From Promethearchaeota archaeon (GTDB lineage Archaea; Asgardarchaeota; Lokiarchaeia; Sigyniarchaeales; SOKP01), in NCBI GenBank assembly GCA_019058295.1, contig JAHPZI010000029.1, forward strand, positions 1 through 58,483: a stretch of 58,483 nt of DNA, given 5' to 3'. The notes under the pieces were generated by a model. That model had not been told where the DNA came from. It ran no database searches and was given only the letters and a program-made list of their open reading frames with translations. A program made the translations under genes and the position numbers. Positions 38,337-48,407 of the stretch are shown in pieces; positions within the stretch are counted from its first letter, which is position 1, and every line of letters begins with the position of its first letter.

Positions 38337-39203
38337 TTGATCCCATCAGATAATTTATCAACCCCAGAAGAAGCTCTTAATCATCCTTTAAAAGATTGGC
38401 TAAACTTGAATCGTTTTATTTTTTGTCCAGGCTGCTTGATCGGAACAGTCATTACATCGATAACAACTTGTTTAAAAGAAAGAGGGTACACCTCAAAAGA
38501 TTACGCTATAGTGTCAGGTATCGGATGCACTGGCCGAGCCAGTGGTTGTTTTAAGGCACCAGCTTTTCATACTACTCATGGAAGAGCGATTCCCTTTGCG
38601 ACAGGACTTAAGCTAGCAAATCCTGAATTAGAAGTTATTGTCCTTTCAGGAGATGGGGATCTTTTTGCCATTGGGGGTAATCATTTTATCCATGCTGCTA
38701 GAAGAAATATTGAAATTACAGTAATTTGTGTAAATAACAATGTTTATGGGATGACAGGAGGTCAAGTTGCCCCTACAACTCATGTAGGTGACATAACTTC
38801 GACAACTCCTTATGGAAATATGGAACCTCCTTTCAATTTAATAAGTTTGGCAGCCGCTTCTGGAGCCACCTATGTCGCTCGATGGCCTGGATATGATACG
38901 CTTCGGTTACAGAAAAGCATTTTGAAAAGTCTAGATAATGAGGGTTTTAATTTCATCGAGGTGCTTGCACCTTGTTTCATTCAATATGGAACTAAAAACA
39001 GACTGGGAGATGCGGTAGAGATGTTGGAATGGATGAAAAAACAGATTAAAATCGAAACAGATTGTCCCCCTCATATGGCGACCTTAGATTTCAAAAAAGG
39101 TGTTATCATTTGTGGCGAATTTGTTGAAGATAAAAGAGAAGGATTTACAAAAAGAATGGAGCAAATTCGGGAAAAGGCAAAAAGCAAAAAAATTAAAAAA
39201 TAA
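38337..39203 (+). CDS. korB: 2-oxoacid:ferredoxin oxidoreductase beta subunit
   Basis: FCPGC, SGIGC, HTTHGRA, GDGD...NNNVYGMTGGQ. Confidence 0.93.
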   Translation: MIPSDNLSTPEEALNHPLKDWLNLNRFIFCPGCLIGTVITSITTCLKERGYTSKDYAIVSGIGCTGRASGCFKAPAFHTTHGRAIPFATGLKLANPELEVIVLSGDGDLFAIGGNHFIHAARRNIEITVICVNNNVYGMTGGQVAPTTHVGDITSTTPYGNMEPPFNLISLAAASGATYVARWPGYDTLRLQKSILKSLDNEGFNFIEVLAPCFIQYGTKNRLGDAVEMLEWMKKQIKIETDCPPHMATLDFKKGVIICGEFVEDKREGFTKRMEQIREKAKSKKIKK

Positions 39204-39213
39204 CGGTGAAAAG

Positions 39214-41571
39214 ATGACAAAAAGCGAAGACAAACCTTTCGGAGGGCCAGATATTGGAGTTTTTCTTTGTAAGTGCGGAAAAAATATTGGTGGTACTATA
39301 GATATCGACCAATTAGCCGAAGAGATTCAGAAGATTCCAGAAGTTAAATTAGTTCAAGTTAATTCTTATACATGTTCTGATCCCGGACAGTTAGAAATTG
39401 AAACAGCCATAAATGAGCAAGGAATAGAAAAGATAGTTGTGGCAGCCTGTAGTCCGAGATTGCATGGACCAACATGGAAAAAACTTCTAAATAGAGTTGG
39501 AATAAACCCTTCTTTAGTTGAAGTAGCTAACATTCGAGAACAATGTAGTTGGGTACATCTTTCGGAGAAGCAAGAAGCTACAAAAAAGGCCAAAGAACTA
39601 ATTGAGATGGCGATTGCTAAAGCTGAATTATTAGAAGAAGTTGATGATATTATTGTTCCTGTTAAACAAAGAGTACTAATCATCGGAGGCGGTGTGGCAG
39701 GAATTCAAGCTGCTTTAGATTTAGCTGACGATTACAAAATCATTCTTGTTGAGAAATCCCCTACAATAGGAGGAAATATGGCTCTTATCGACAAAACTTT
39801 TCCAACAATGGATTGTTCCATTTGCATTTTAGGACCAAAAATGGCGGATGTGGGGAATCATGAGAATATTAAACTAATTTCTAACGCAGAAGTTATAAGC
39901 ATCTCAGGTTATATTGGTAATTTTGAAGTCACTATTAAAAAGAATCCTCGATATGTAAATGAAGATCTTTGTACAGCATGTGACGATTGCGTCGATGTTT
40001 GCCCTGTAAATGTTATGGATGAGTATTCTGGGAACTTAGGTTGGAGAAAGGCAATTTATATACCCTACCCCCAGGCTGTACCAGCTAGCTATATAATCGA
40101 CGAAAAAAATTGCTTGGGTCTTTCACCTCTAGCTTGTGGAAAGTGTAATTCCGCATGTGAAAAAGAGGCCATCAATTACGAAGATACCAAGAAATTTTTC
40201 ACCTATAAAGTTGGTGCTATTATTGTTGCCGTTGGTTTTGAGAAATTTGATCCTTCTAAAATCCCAGAATATGGATGGGGTCGTTATCCCAATGTGATTA
40301 CAACATTTGAATTTGAAAGATTAATCAATGCGGCCGGACCAACGTATGGGGAACTAGTACGACCTAGTGATCTTCGTAAACCAAAAAAGGTTGCTTTTAT
40401 CAATTGTGTTGGGTCGCGAGATCTTAGATTCAATCCTCATTGTTCTAACTTTTGTTGTATGGAGAGTATTAAGGATAGCCTTCTAATTAAGGAGCATTGG
40501 CCTGAAGTTGAGGTTGTTATTTTTTATATCGATATTAGGGCATTCGGTAAGGGATTTGAAGAATTATATTTACGTTCGAGAGAAGAGGGTGTATTATATA
40601 TTCGGGGTCGTCCAGGTCAAATAAAAGAAGATCCCAAAACCAAAAGCCTCATTGTTACTGTTGAAGACATAAGTACAGAAACAATATTATCTGAAGAATT
40701 TGATTTAGTTGTTCTCTCTGTTGGAGCAGAAGGATCCTCGGAATCTATTCCATTTCCAATTGCTAAGGATAAGAAAGGATTTTATATTGAAGCTCATCCA
40801 AAACTTAGACCTGTGGATACACCTACTGATGGTGTTTATATTGCAGGTGGAGCTGAATCTCCGAAAGATATTCGCGAATCGGTAACCCAAGCCAGTGCTA
40901 CAGCAGGTCGAATTGCCAAATTGCTTTCAAAAGGAGAATTCCAAGTGGAACCATTGTATGCGTTTGTGGATGTCGAAAAATGCACAAGTTGCGGCATTTG
41001 TGTGTCTTGTTGTCCTTACAATGCTATTACCATTGATCAAGAAAAAAAAACACCAGCCTATATCAGACCTATCTTATGTAAAGGATGCGGAACATGTGCC
41101 GCTGATTGCCCTTCAGACGCCATTACTATGACAAACTTTACAGATAAAATGATCTTTTCTCAAATTGATATTGCACTTCGCGAAAATGCTTCCGAGAAGG
41201 TATTGATTTTTGCATGTAATTGGTGTTCCTATGCTGGTGCTGACTTGGCTGGAACCAGTAGAATCCAATATCCAACTAACACTAGAATTATTAGAACCAT
41301 GTGTTCTGGAAGAGTAGATATCGATTTTATTAAATATTGCTTTGAAAGAGGTGCCGGAGCGGTTATGATAACAGGATGTCATCCGCAAGATTGTCATTAC
41401 ATATCTGGCAATGATTATGCCCTAAAAAGAGAGAAGAAAATTAGAAGCTGGATGAAAAAAAACAATATCGCAGACGAGCGTTTTATCATTGAATGGATGT
41501 CCGCTGCTGAAGGTAAAAAATTTGCTGAAATAGTCTCGAAAATTAGCAGTATAGCTTCAAGGCAATACTAA
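39214..41571 (+). CDS. hdrA: HdrA-like flavoprotein fused to an MvhD-like [2Fe-2S] domain
   Basis: GVFLCKCG, VAACSPRLH, NIREQCSWVH, IGGGVAG, KTFPTMDCSICI, CVGSRD, ferredoxin motifs; MvhD part FACNWCSYAGAD, RTMCSGRV, GCHPQDCHY. GGTGA precedes ATG 39214. Confidence 0.95.
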   Translation: MTKSEDKPFGGPDIGVFLCKCGKNIGGTIDIDQLAEEIQKIPEVKLVQVNSYTCSDPGQLEIETAINEQGIEKIVVAACSPRLHGPTWKKLLNRVGINPSLVEVANIREQCSWVHLSEKQEATKKAKELIEMAIAKAELLEEVDDIIVPVKQRVLIIGGGVAGIQAALDLADDYKIILVEKSPTIGGNMALIDKTFPTMDCSICILGPKMADVGNHENIKLISNAEVISISGYIGNFEVTIKKNPRYVNEDLCTACDDCVDVCPVNVMDEYSGNLGWRKAIYIPYPQAVPASYIIDEKNCLGLSPLACGKCNSACEKEAINYEDTKKFFTYKVGAIIVAVGFEKFDPSKIPEYGWGRYPNVITTFEFERLINAAGPTYGELVRPSDLRKPKKVAFINCVGSRDLRFNPHCSNFCCMESIKDSLLIKEHWPEVEVVIFYIDIRAFGKGFEELYLRSREEGVLYIRGRPGQIKEDPKTKSLIVTVEDISTETILSEEFDLVVLSVGAEGSSESIPFPIAKDKKGFYIEAHPKLRPVDTPTDGVYIAGGAESPKDIRESVTQASATAGRIAKLLSKGEFQVEPLYAFVDVEKCTSCGICVSCCPYNAITIDQEKKTPAYIRPILCKGCGTCAADCPSDAITMTNFTDKMIFSQIDIALRENASEKVLIFACNWCSYAGADLAGTSRIQYPTNTRIIRTMCSGRVDIDFIKYCFERGAGAVMITGCHPQDCHYISGNDYALKREKKIRSWMKKNNIADERFIIEWMSAAEGKKFAEIVSKISSIASRQY

Positions 41572-41703
41572 TAATATTAGATGCTAAAACTCTAATTATA
41601 GAAAATACAGCTAAAATAACTTTTTCAACTACTCTTGATATTATCTTTAAATATGTAAAATTTATATAGCTAATACAATTTTTAAATAATTAACTAAATA
41701 ATG

Positions 41704-41738
41704 TTCATTTTCAGAAGAAAAAATCTTCTGAAAATGAA
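41704..41738. promoter_or_regulatory. Perfect 15-bp inverted repeat (operator or hairpin)
   Basis: TTCATTTTCAGAAGA-AAAAA-TCTTCTGAAAATGAA, about 90 bp upstream of the thiolase operon. Confidence 0.65.
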
Positions 41739-41827
41739 TGTTTTTCAGAAATTGAATTGCAAATTCGTAATAATGTTTAGAAATCGTATAAATTTATGAA
41801 AAAAAAAACCCCTAAAACTGGTTAATC

Positions 41828-43051
41828 TTGAATAAAGTAGCAATAATTGGAGTGGGACATACTAAATTTGGTAAATTAGAAGAAAAGAATTTGATGGACC
41901 TATTATGCGATGCGTCTCTTGAAGCACTCAACGACTCTAATACTAACGATGAAAACTTTGATTCAGTTTATTTAGGAGCTATGTGTCCTGGAGAATTTAA
42001 TCACTTATCGGGAATTGCAAGTGCTCTTGTTGATAGATTAGGTTTAATACCTGCTGCTGCGGATCATTTAAAAAATGGACCTGCCAGCGGGGGATCTGCG
42101 GTAAAAGCAGGGTTTCATGCAATAGCTTCAGGAATGAATTCTATGGTTTTAGTTGTTGGAGGTGAGAAGATGACACATATTTCCACTCCAGGATATATTA
42201 CTTCAGCTGTTGCAACTCTTACCCATCATCAAGCAGAGAGGAGACATGGTACATCACTTCCTTCTTTGGCAGGTTTACTATCTCGAATTTATCTTGAAAA
42301 ATATAATGCAAAATTGGAATGGTTATCCGATATTGCCATAAAAAATCATCGGAATGGAGCATTGAATCCTATTGCTCATTTTCAAAAAAAGATTGAGGAT
42401 TTTATGGAAAGTGCTGTTAAGAAAGGAAAAGGTAATTGGAATACAATTTATGAATTTCTCAGTGATGATAACAGTAATCCGATAATAGCAGATCCATTAC
42501 GGCTTTTTCATATTTGTCCTATTTCGGATGGTGCTGCAGCTATTATTTTATGTAATGGTGAAATCGCAAAAAAATTTTGCGACAATCCAGTTTTAATTAC
42601 AGGAATTGGTCAAGCCACTGATACCCATATCACATATGAAAGAGAGGATATTACTGTCTTAAATGCATTAAGAGTTAGTTCAGATCAAGCTTATAGAATG
42701 GCAAAAAAGACTCCAAAGGACATTGATGTTGCTGAACTCCATGATGCTTTTGAAATCTTAGAAGCTGTGGAAAGTGAAGATATCGGATTTTTTAAAAAAG
42801 GAGAAGGCGCTAGGGCAGCACATGAAGGTCGAACTGAAATTGATGGAGAAATTCCTATTAATCCCTCTGGTGGTTTAAAAGCTAGAGGTCATCCACTTGG
42901 AGCGACAGGCGTTGCTCAAGTTGTTGAATTAGTGTGGCAACTAAGGGGGGAGGCTGGAAAAAGACAGGTTTCAGATGCCCAAACAGGAATAACGTGCAAT
43001 TTCGGAGGATTTGGAAATAATATTATTTCAATCTTAGTTGAAAGGATGTGA
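41828..43051 (+). CDS. SCP2-type thiolase-fold protein lacking the nucleophilic Cys
   Basis: VAIIGVG, GGEKM, KNHRNG, PISDGAAA, ELHDAF, NPSGGLKARGHPLGATG; NGPASGG where thiolases have xACASGG. Confidence 0.9.
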   Translation: MNKVAIIGVGHTKFGKLEEKNLMDLLCDASLEALNDSNTNDENFDSVYLGAMCPGEFNHLSGIASALVDRLGLIPAAADHLKNGPASGGSAVKAGFHAIASGMNSMVLVVGGEKMTHISTPGYITSAVATLTHHQAERRHGTSLPSLAGLLSRIYLEKYNAKLEWLSDIAIKNHRNGALNPIAHFQKKIEDFMESAVKKGKGNWNTIYEFLSDDNSNPIIADPLRLFHICPISDGAAAIILCNGEIAKKFCDNPVLITGIGQATDTHITYEREDITVLNALRVSSDQAYRMAKKTPKDIDVAELHDAFEILEAVESEDIGFFKKGEGARAAHEGRTEIDGEIPINPSGGLKARGHPLGATGVAQVVELVWQLRGEAGKRQVSDAQTGITCNFGGFGNNIISILVERM

Positions 43052-43057
43052 TATTTA

Positions 43058-43414
43058 ATGAGTAACAAGGAAAATTTAGTTAGTAACAAGTGTAAAAAAT
43101 GTGGTTATTTACAAGATATAAGCCATCTAAGATGTCTAAAATGCAAAAATAACACATTTGATACTATAGAAGCTAATGGCACTTGTGTTTTATTGACTTA
43201 TACAATATTAAAAGCTCCACCTTTGGAATTTAGAGATAAGGGATCTTATGCTCTTGGGGTTGTACAGTTTGAAAACGGTATAAGAGCTCTTGGACAGATA
43301 TTTCCTAAAGAAAATTTAAGAATAGGAATGAAATTAAAACCTGTGTATGAAAAAATTTGTAATAATCTTGATGGTAATGAAGTTTATAGTTATGTTTTCA
43401 AATTAATTGAATAA
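43058..43414 (+). CDS. DUF35 Zn-ribbon/OB-fold protein (thiolase partner)
   Basis: CKKC...CLKC, GTCVLLTYT, YALGVV, IGMKL; adjacent to the thiolase gene. Confidence 0.9.
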   Translation: MSNKENLVSNKCKKCGYLQDISHLRCLKCKNNTFDTIEANGTCVLLTYTILKAPPLEFRDKGSYALGVVQFENGIRALGQIFPKENLRIGMKLKPVYEKICNNLDGNEVYSYVFKLIE

Positions 43415-43433
43415 TTAAAAAGGAGGATTAAAA

Positions 43434-45113
43434 ATTACTATACCTATTAAAAATGAGGAGGATATTAATCCTCATAAGAAAATTTGGAAAAATAACATTT
43501 TAAATAATTCAATTAATAAGGAGGATTCAAACGAAATAATTGAATCTCCTTCAGGGATCTCATTAAAACAGCTCTACGATCCTGAGGACATCAAAGATAT
43601 TGATTTCTCTGAAGATATAGGATATTCCGGAAAATATCCCTTTACTAGGGGTATTTATCCAAATATGTATCGTGGTAGACTATGGACAATGAGAGAGTAT
43701 GCAGGATTTGGGGATGCTGTTCAAACTAACAAAAGATTTAAATATTTGATATCACAGGGGCAGAAGGGGCTTTCCATTGCTTTTGATTTACCAACACAAA
43801 TGGGATATAATTCTGACAACGATTTATGCTATGGAGAAGTTGGAAAAGTAGGTGTTTCTATTAATTCTTTAAAGGATTTTGAAAAATTATTTGATGGTAT
43901 TCCAATAGATAAGATATCAACAAGCATGACTATTAATGCCCCTGCTGCCATTATCCTTGCAATGTACATTGCTATCGGTGAGCAGCAGGGCGTAACTCCT
44001 GAGCATTTAATGGGGACTGTCCAAAATGATATTTTAAAAGAATATATAGCAAGAGGGACATATATTTATCCCATAGAACCTTCTTTAAGATTGACTGTGG
44101 ATGTGATTGAATATTGTTCCAAATATTTACCTAAATTTAATAGTATAAGCATAAGTGGTTATCATATGCGGGAAGCAGGAGCTAATGCTATTCAAGAGAT
44201 TGCTTTTACTTTAGCTAATGGCATCACTTATGTTGAAGAAGTACTCAAAAGAGGAATAGATATTGACCAGTTTGCTCCAAGACTCTCATTTTTCTTCTGT
44301 GTTCACAATAATATTTTCGAAGAAATAGCAAAATTTCGAGCAGCTCGACGATTATGGGCGAAAATAATGAAGGAGCGTTTTAATGCTAAAAATCCTAAAT
44401 CATTAATGTTAAGATTTCATACTCAAACAGCAGGAGTAACTTTAACAGCTTCACAAATGAAAGTAAATATAATTAGAGTTACTTTACAAGCGTTAGCTGC
44501 CATTCTTGGAGGGACACAATCATTGCATACTAACTCGTTTGACGAGGCTCTCTGCCTCCCTACTGAAGAGGCTGTCAGGATAGCTTTAAGAACTCAGCAA
44601 GTATTAGCACATGAGACAGGGATAACTGATGTTGTTGATCCAATTGGTGGATCCTTTTATTTAGAATCTTTGACTAAAAGATTAGAGGAAGAGGCAATGA
44701 AGTACATCCAAAAAATAGACGAAATGGGTGGAATGTCTACTGCTATTAATAAAGGTTATATTCAAAATGAAATTCAAAATAATGCATACATGATTCAAAA
44801 AAGAATAGAGATGGGAATTGATAAAGTTATTGGGGTAAATTGTTTTCAAACAGAGGAAAAATCTGAAATAAAACCATTTAAGTGTGATATTGATATCGAG
44901 AAAAAATCAAATTTAGCGCTAGACGAATTAAAAAAAAATCGTAATAATCATGTTATACAAGAAAAATTGGAGGTATTAAAGAAAATTGCTCAATCTCCTG
45001 AAAATATTATGCCAATTATAATTGATCTCGTTAAAGAATACGCTACTATTCAAGAGATTTGTGATGTTCTAAGAGAAATATATGGAATATATAAACCTCA
45101 AGAAATTTTTTAA
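43434..45113 (+). CDS. Methylmalonyl-CoA mutase large (substrate-binding) subunit; probable ATT start
   Basis: An in-frame extension of the track ORF holds conserved SPSGISLKQLY and GYSGKYPFTRGIYPNMY; also WTMREYAGFG, QNDILKEYIARG, SGYHMREAG, QSLHTNSFDEA. AGGAGG at 43421, stop at 43416. Confidence 0.92.
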   Translation: MTIPIKNEEDINPHKKIWKNNILNNSINKEDSNEIIESPSGISLKQLYDPEDIKDIDFSEDIGYSGKYPFTRGIYPNMYRGRLWTMREYAGFGDAVQTNKRFKYLISQGQKGLSIAFDLPTQMGYNSDNDLCYGEVGKVGVSINSLKDFEKLFDGIPIDKISTSMTINAPAAIILAMYIAIGEQQGVTPEHLMGTVQNDILKEYIARGTYIYPIEPSLRLTVDVIEYCSKYLPKFNSISISGYHMREAGANAIQEIAFTLANGITYVEEVLKRGIDIDQFAPRLSFFFCVHNNIFEEIAKFRAARRLWAKIMKERFNAKNPKSLMLRFHTQTAGVTLTASQMKVNIIRVTLQALAAILGGTQSLHTNSFDEALCLPTEEAVRIALRTQQVLAHETGITDVVDPIGGSFYLESLTKRLEEEAMKYIQKIDEMGGMSTAINKGYIQNEIQNNAYMIQKRIEMGIDKVIGVNCFQTEEKSEIKPFKCDIDIEKKSNLALDELKKNRNNHVIQEKLEVLKKIAQSPENIMPIIIDLVKEYATIQEICDVLREIYGIYKPQEIF

Positions 45114-45116
45114 TTT

Positions 45117-46562
45117 CTAACTCACCTTCTTTTTCCTTTCTCTTGTAAATTTTGAGATTTTAGGTAATAAAGGTATAAATTCATGTGGATCTCCAAATAC
45201 AGGAATATTCCTTTCAAATAGTTTTTTTAGAAGTCTCTCCCAATCTTCAGGACAATTAATTCGCTTTATGATTGGAATTAGTGGTTTTTTATGTTTATAA
45301 CCTAAGGTTAGTGCTTCTATCATTTTATTTTCATATGATGGATCTAATCTAGTCCTAAAGGATAAATCACTGTTGAAATAAAAGCTTGGTAAATCTACTA
45401 TCATTCCATCTATATTTGTATCTGATAATGCGTTATCAATAATTTTATAAAAAGCTTCACTATTGAAAACTTGTGCAGAAACATCTAATGGATTTTTTGA
45501 GCTTGTTCCAAGTGTAAAAAAAAGTTGTGTTATTTGTTCTTGAATATCAGGGCTGAAGGGAGGAACTTTCATTCCTGCTTTTTCAATTAGATCAACCAAG
45601 ATAACACCATAACCACCACTACTGCTAATAACAGATAGATTTTTTAGATCAAAAAGTCCATAAAATTCTATTAAATAGGCAAAAGATAGCAATTGTTCGA
45701 TAGAATCCAATTCAATAATATTATATTGTGTAAAAATCGCTTTCCACATATGATTGTCTCCTGAAATTGTTGCTGTATGAGTTTTTGCCGCAATTGAGCC
45801 AGTTTCAGTTTGGCCCCCTCTTACTATTGCAATAGGTTTTTTATTTTGTTTCAGGATTTTTTTTAATTCGACCCCTCTCTCTTTTTTAATTCCCTCAATA
45901 TAACACAATATTATCTGGGTCTCGGGGTCATTAATTAAAAAATAGAGTAAATCAACAAAATCTAAGTCAGTACCATTTCCGAAAGAGAATACTTTACTAA
46001 AGTGTAATCCTAACTGATTTCCACCATAGATCATTAAATTACATATTCCGCCGCTCTGAGCTAGAAATGCAATATCACCGCTCTCTGCCGAGAATTTCGG
46101 TCTCCATGCAATACCTAATTTTGGATAATATAAACCAAGACCATTAGGGCCTAATAGTCTCACTTTATTTTTAGCTCTTCTTAATAATTCTCTTTCTAGT
46201 TTTCTCCCTTCTTCTGTTCCAGAATCAGAGAATTCTGCGGTGAATACACTAGCCAATTTTACACCTTTCTCGACACACTCATCCATTACTTCTAAAATTA
46301 ACGAAGGTGGAATTGATATAAAAACAAAATCAACTTCACCGGGAATAGCACTTAATGAAGGATAGATCATATTTTTATCGAATCCAGGTATTTCTTTTAT
46401 GGTTGGGTTCACAGCGTATAATTTTCCTTTAAAATTCTCAGCATGGTTTCTAAAAAAGAAGAAATTTCTTTTTTTCGAAGTTCCAATAACCGCCATTGAT
46501 TTAATATTATTAATAAAAGATATATCTTTTACATCTATGTCAGAAGTCTCGAAATGTGTCAT
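45117..46562 (-). CDS. ADP-forming acyl-CoA synthetase alpha subunit (AcdA-like)
   Basis: SMAVIG, YAVNP, RLLGPNGLG, AQSGG, SFGNGTD, YIEG, KTHTA (phospho-His), NPLD. Confidence 0.88.
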   Translation of the reverse strand: MTHFETSDIDVKDISFINNIKSMAVIGTSKKRNFFFFRNHAENFKGKLYAVNPTIKEIPGFDKNMIYPSLSAIPGEVDFVFISIPPSLILEVMDECVEKGVKLASVFTAEFSDSGTEEGRKLERELLRRAKNKVRLLGPNGLGLYYPKLGIAWRPKFSAESGDIAFLAQSGGICNLMIYGGNQLGLHFSKVFSFGNGTDLDFVDLLYFLINDPETQIILCYIEGIKKERGVELKKILKQNKKPIAIVRGGQTETGSIAAKTHTATISGDNHMWKAIFTQYNIIELDSIEQLLSFAYLIEFYGLFDLKNLSVISSSGGYGVILVDLIEKAGMKVPPFSPDIQEQITQLFFTLGTSSKNPLDVSAQVFNSEAFYKIIDNALSDTNIDGMIVDLPSFYFNSDLSFRTRLDPSYENKMIEALTLGYKHKKPLIPIIKRINCPEDWERLLKKLFERNIPVFGDPHEFIPLLPKISKFTRERKKKVS

Positions 46563-46692
46563 TTAAACTAAAAAATTAATTGTTTGCTAATTTTAATAAA
46601 GAAAATAGTTAAAAGAATAAAAATATATACTCGTTGGACTTTAAAGAGATAAGACTTCTTCCATTTTGTTCATAATTATATTAATCAACATA

Positions 46693-47586
46693 TTAAGTTT
46701 TAATTATTGGAGTTTTAATTTCAGGAACATTATTTTTTATGAATTCTATAGATTCCTTTGCCTCTTGAAAAGTCAACTCAAAAACTATTGGCCCCTTAAA
46801 ATTATACGCATGAAGTGTTTTTAAGAAGTTTACTGGAAAATTCTGTCCCGTCCCTAACGCAGCATGGTCAGCACCTCCACCAGAATTGTAATCTTGTAGA
46901 TGAATTTCACTTGTTATATCAAGGTTTTCTTCAGTAACTTCAACGAGATCGACATCGCCAGAGTAACCCCCCAAGAAATGAGCGGTGTCAATACATAAAT
47001 TGGGTCCTTTCAATTTTTTGATTATTTCTAATGTTTTTTGGAAGGGAAATTCAATATTTTCAATCGCAATTTTTGTTTTATCCATCTTTGTTTCTTTAAC
47101 TAACTTCTTTACGCTTGAAACAGCAAAATCAACGAATAAATTAGCAATAAATTCTTTATATTTTGGCTCAATCTCCATACTCATAATCTCAGCTGCAAAT
47201 GCTCCTGAAGGATGGAGTACAAATACTTCAATATCAGGTTCCAAAAATTTGAACGTGTTATATGCATCAATTAGACTTTGAACGCTGGCATCCCGGATAA
47301 TTTTATTTGGACTTACCAATTCAATGGTCCATATAGGGAAATGTGCGGAATACGTTATATCATACTCCTTTATAAAAGTTTTCAATCTTTTTTTCTCATC
47401 ATCAGGCATTTGTATCGGTAATATTTGAAATAAATCTAAGGAAATCTCGCAATGTTGATATCCTTTTTCAATTGCTTCTAAAATAATATCTGAAAAGCGA
47501 AAACTCAAGAAGCTATCAAGCCCCTTCTCTTTTTTAAATACGCTTGCGATGTTTTCGACTTCTATAGGTGTAATTCCAAATCGCAT
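46693..47586 (-). CDS. Xylose-isomerase-like/AP endonuclease 2 TIM-barrel metalloenzyme
   Basis: SAHFP, VLHP, IENIEFP, IDTAH, EIHLQD, DH, VFEL. Confidence 0.85.
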   Translation of the reverse strand: MRFGITPIEVENIASVFKKEKGLDSFLSFRFSDIILEAIEKGYQHCEISLDLFQILPIQMPDDEKKRLKTFIKEYDITYSAHFPIWTIELVSPNKIIRDASVQSLIDAYNTFKFLEPDIEVFVLHPSGAFAAEIMSMEIEPKYKEFIANLFVDFAVSSVKKLVKETKMDKTKIAIENIEFPFQKTLEIIKKLKGPNLCIDTAHFLGGYSGDVDLVEVTEENLDITSEIHLQDYNSGGGADHAALGTGQNFPVNFLKTLHAYNFKGPIVFELTFQEAKESIEFIKNNVPEIKTPIIKT

Positions 47587-47726
47587 AAAAATATATTCTT
47601 ATTTTATAATTATATTTATTATAATTACAAAGTATTAAATTCTTTTATTTTTTTAAAAAATAAAACAGTTAATTATAAGCAATAACTAGTTTTAAAAATA
47701 AAGATAAATATTAACATGGGATTCCT

Positions 47727-48242
47727 TTGACTGACGAAGATAAAAAAATCGAAGAAAGATCTGAGAGAATTATTAACCTTTTTAATGCATTTAAAGGTAA
47801 AAATCTTGGAGAGGCTCCTGGACCTATTCCTCCTTTTACTAAATGGTTGAATGGTGTAATAATTTCCGCTAAAAGAGGTGAGGTTGAGCTAGAATTCGAG
47901 ATTCGTCCTGAATGGGGGAATCCTACAGGATTACTTCACGGCGGAATGCAATGTGGATTAATGGATGACGCTATTGGAATAATGACTGCAACTTTAGGTT
48001 ATGAAGGGTTTCTAATCTCCATCGATTTTCATGTTGATTACTTAGGAAAGGCCAAAATTGGCGAGAAAATTCGAGTTATCGGAAAAATTATTCGAGAAGG
48101 CAAAAATGTCGTAAATGCCATTTCACAAATCTATAAAATAGATGGCAAATTAATTGCTTCTGGTAATGCAAACTTATTAAAAACTAAATTTAAACCAGAT
48201 TATGTTAAAGAAGTTGATAAGATTGATTATAGGGATCTTTAA
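47727..48242 (+). CDS. PaaI/hotdog-fold acyl-CoA thioesterase
   Basis: NPTGLLHGG....MDD motif. Confidence 0.9.
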   Translation: MTDEDKKIEERSERIINLFNAFKGKNLGEAPGPIPPFTKWLNGVIISAKRGEVELEFEIRPEWGNPTGLLHGGMQCGLMDDAIGIMTATLGYEGFLISIDFHVDYLGKAKIGEKIRVIGKIIREGKNVVNAISQIYKIDGKLIASGNANLLKTKFKPDYVKEVDKIDYRDL

Positions 48243-48407
48243 AGTGATTAACCCTTGAAAAACATATCTTTTTGAAATCCTATTTTTAAATTCTATAAAT
48301 GAAAAAGTCTAAGATAATAAATTCTAAAGTAAGATTTTTTTAATAAGTATAAATTTTAAAATAAAGTATTCCAAAATTATAGAAAAAATAATTGAATTTT
48401 GAAAAAA

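Noticed and set aside
39100-39213. N-terminal extension of hdrA given in the ORF track
   Set aside because: Overlaps korB; SD plus ATG at 39214 fits better.
39214-41750. Selenocysteine in HdrA/MvhD and a downstream SECIS
   Set aside because: The ORF has no in-frame TGA and the relevant motifs have Cys. The 41704 hairpin is perfectly paired, with no SECIS-type core.
43434-45113. Isobutyryl- or 2-hydroxyisobutyryl-CoA mutase assignment
   Set aside because: The Tyr and Arg specificity residues match methylmalonyl-CoA mutase.
46693-47586. Specific call as cobamide-remodelling CbiR or endonuclease IV
   Set aside because: Only the shared TIM-barrel metal motifs are recognisable.
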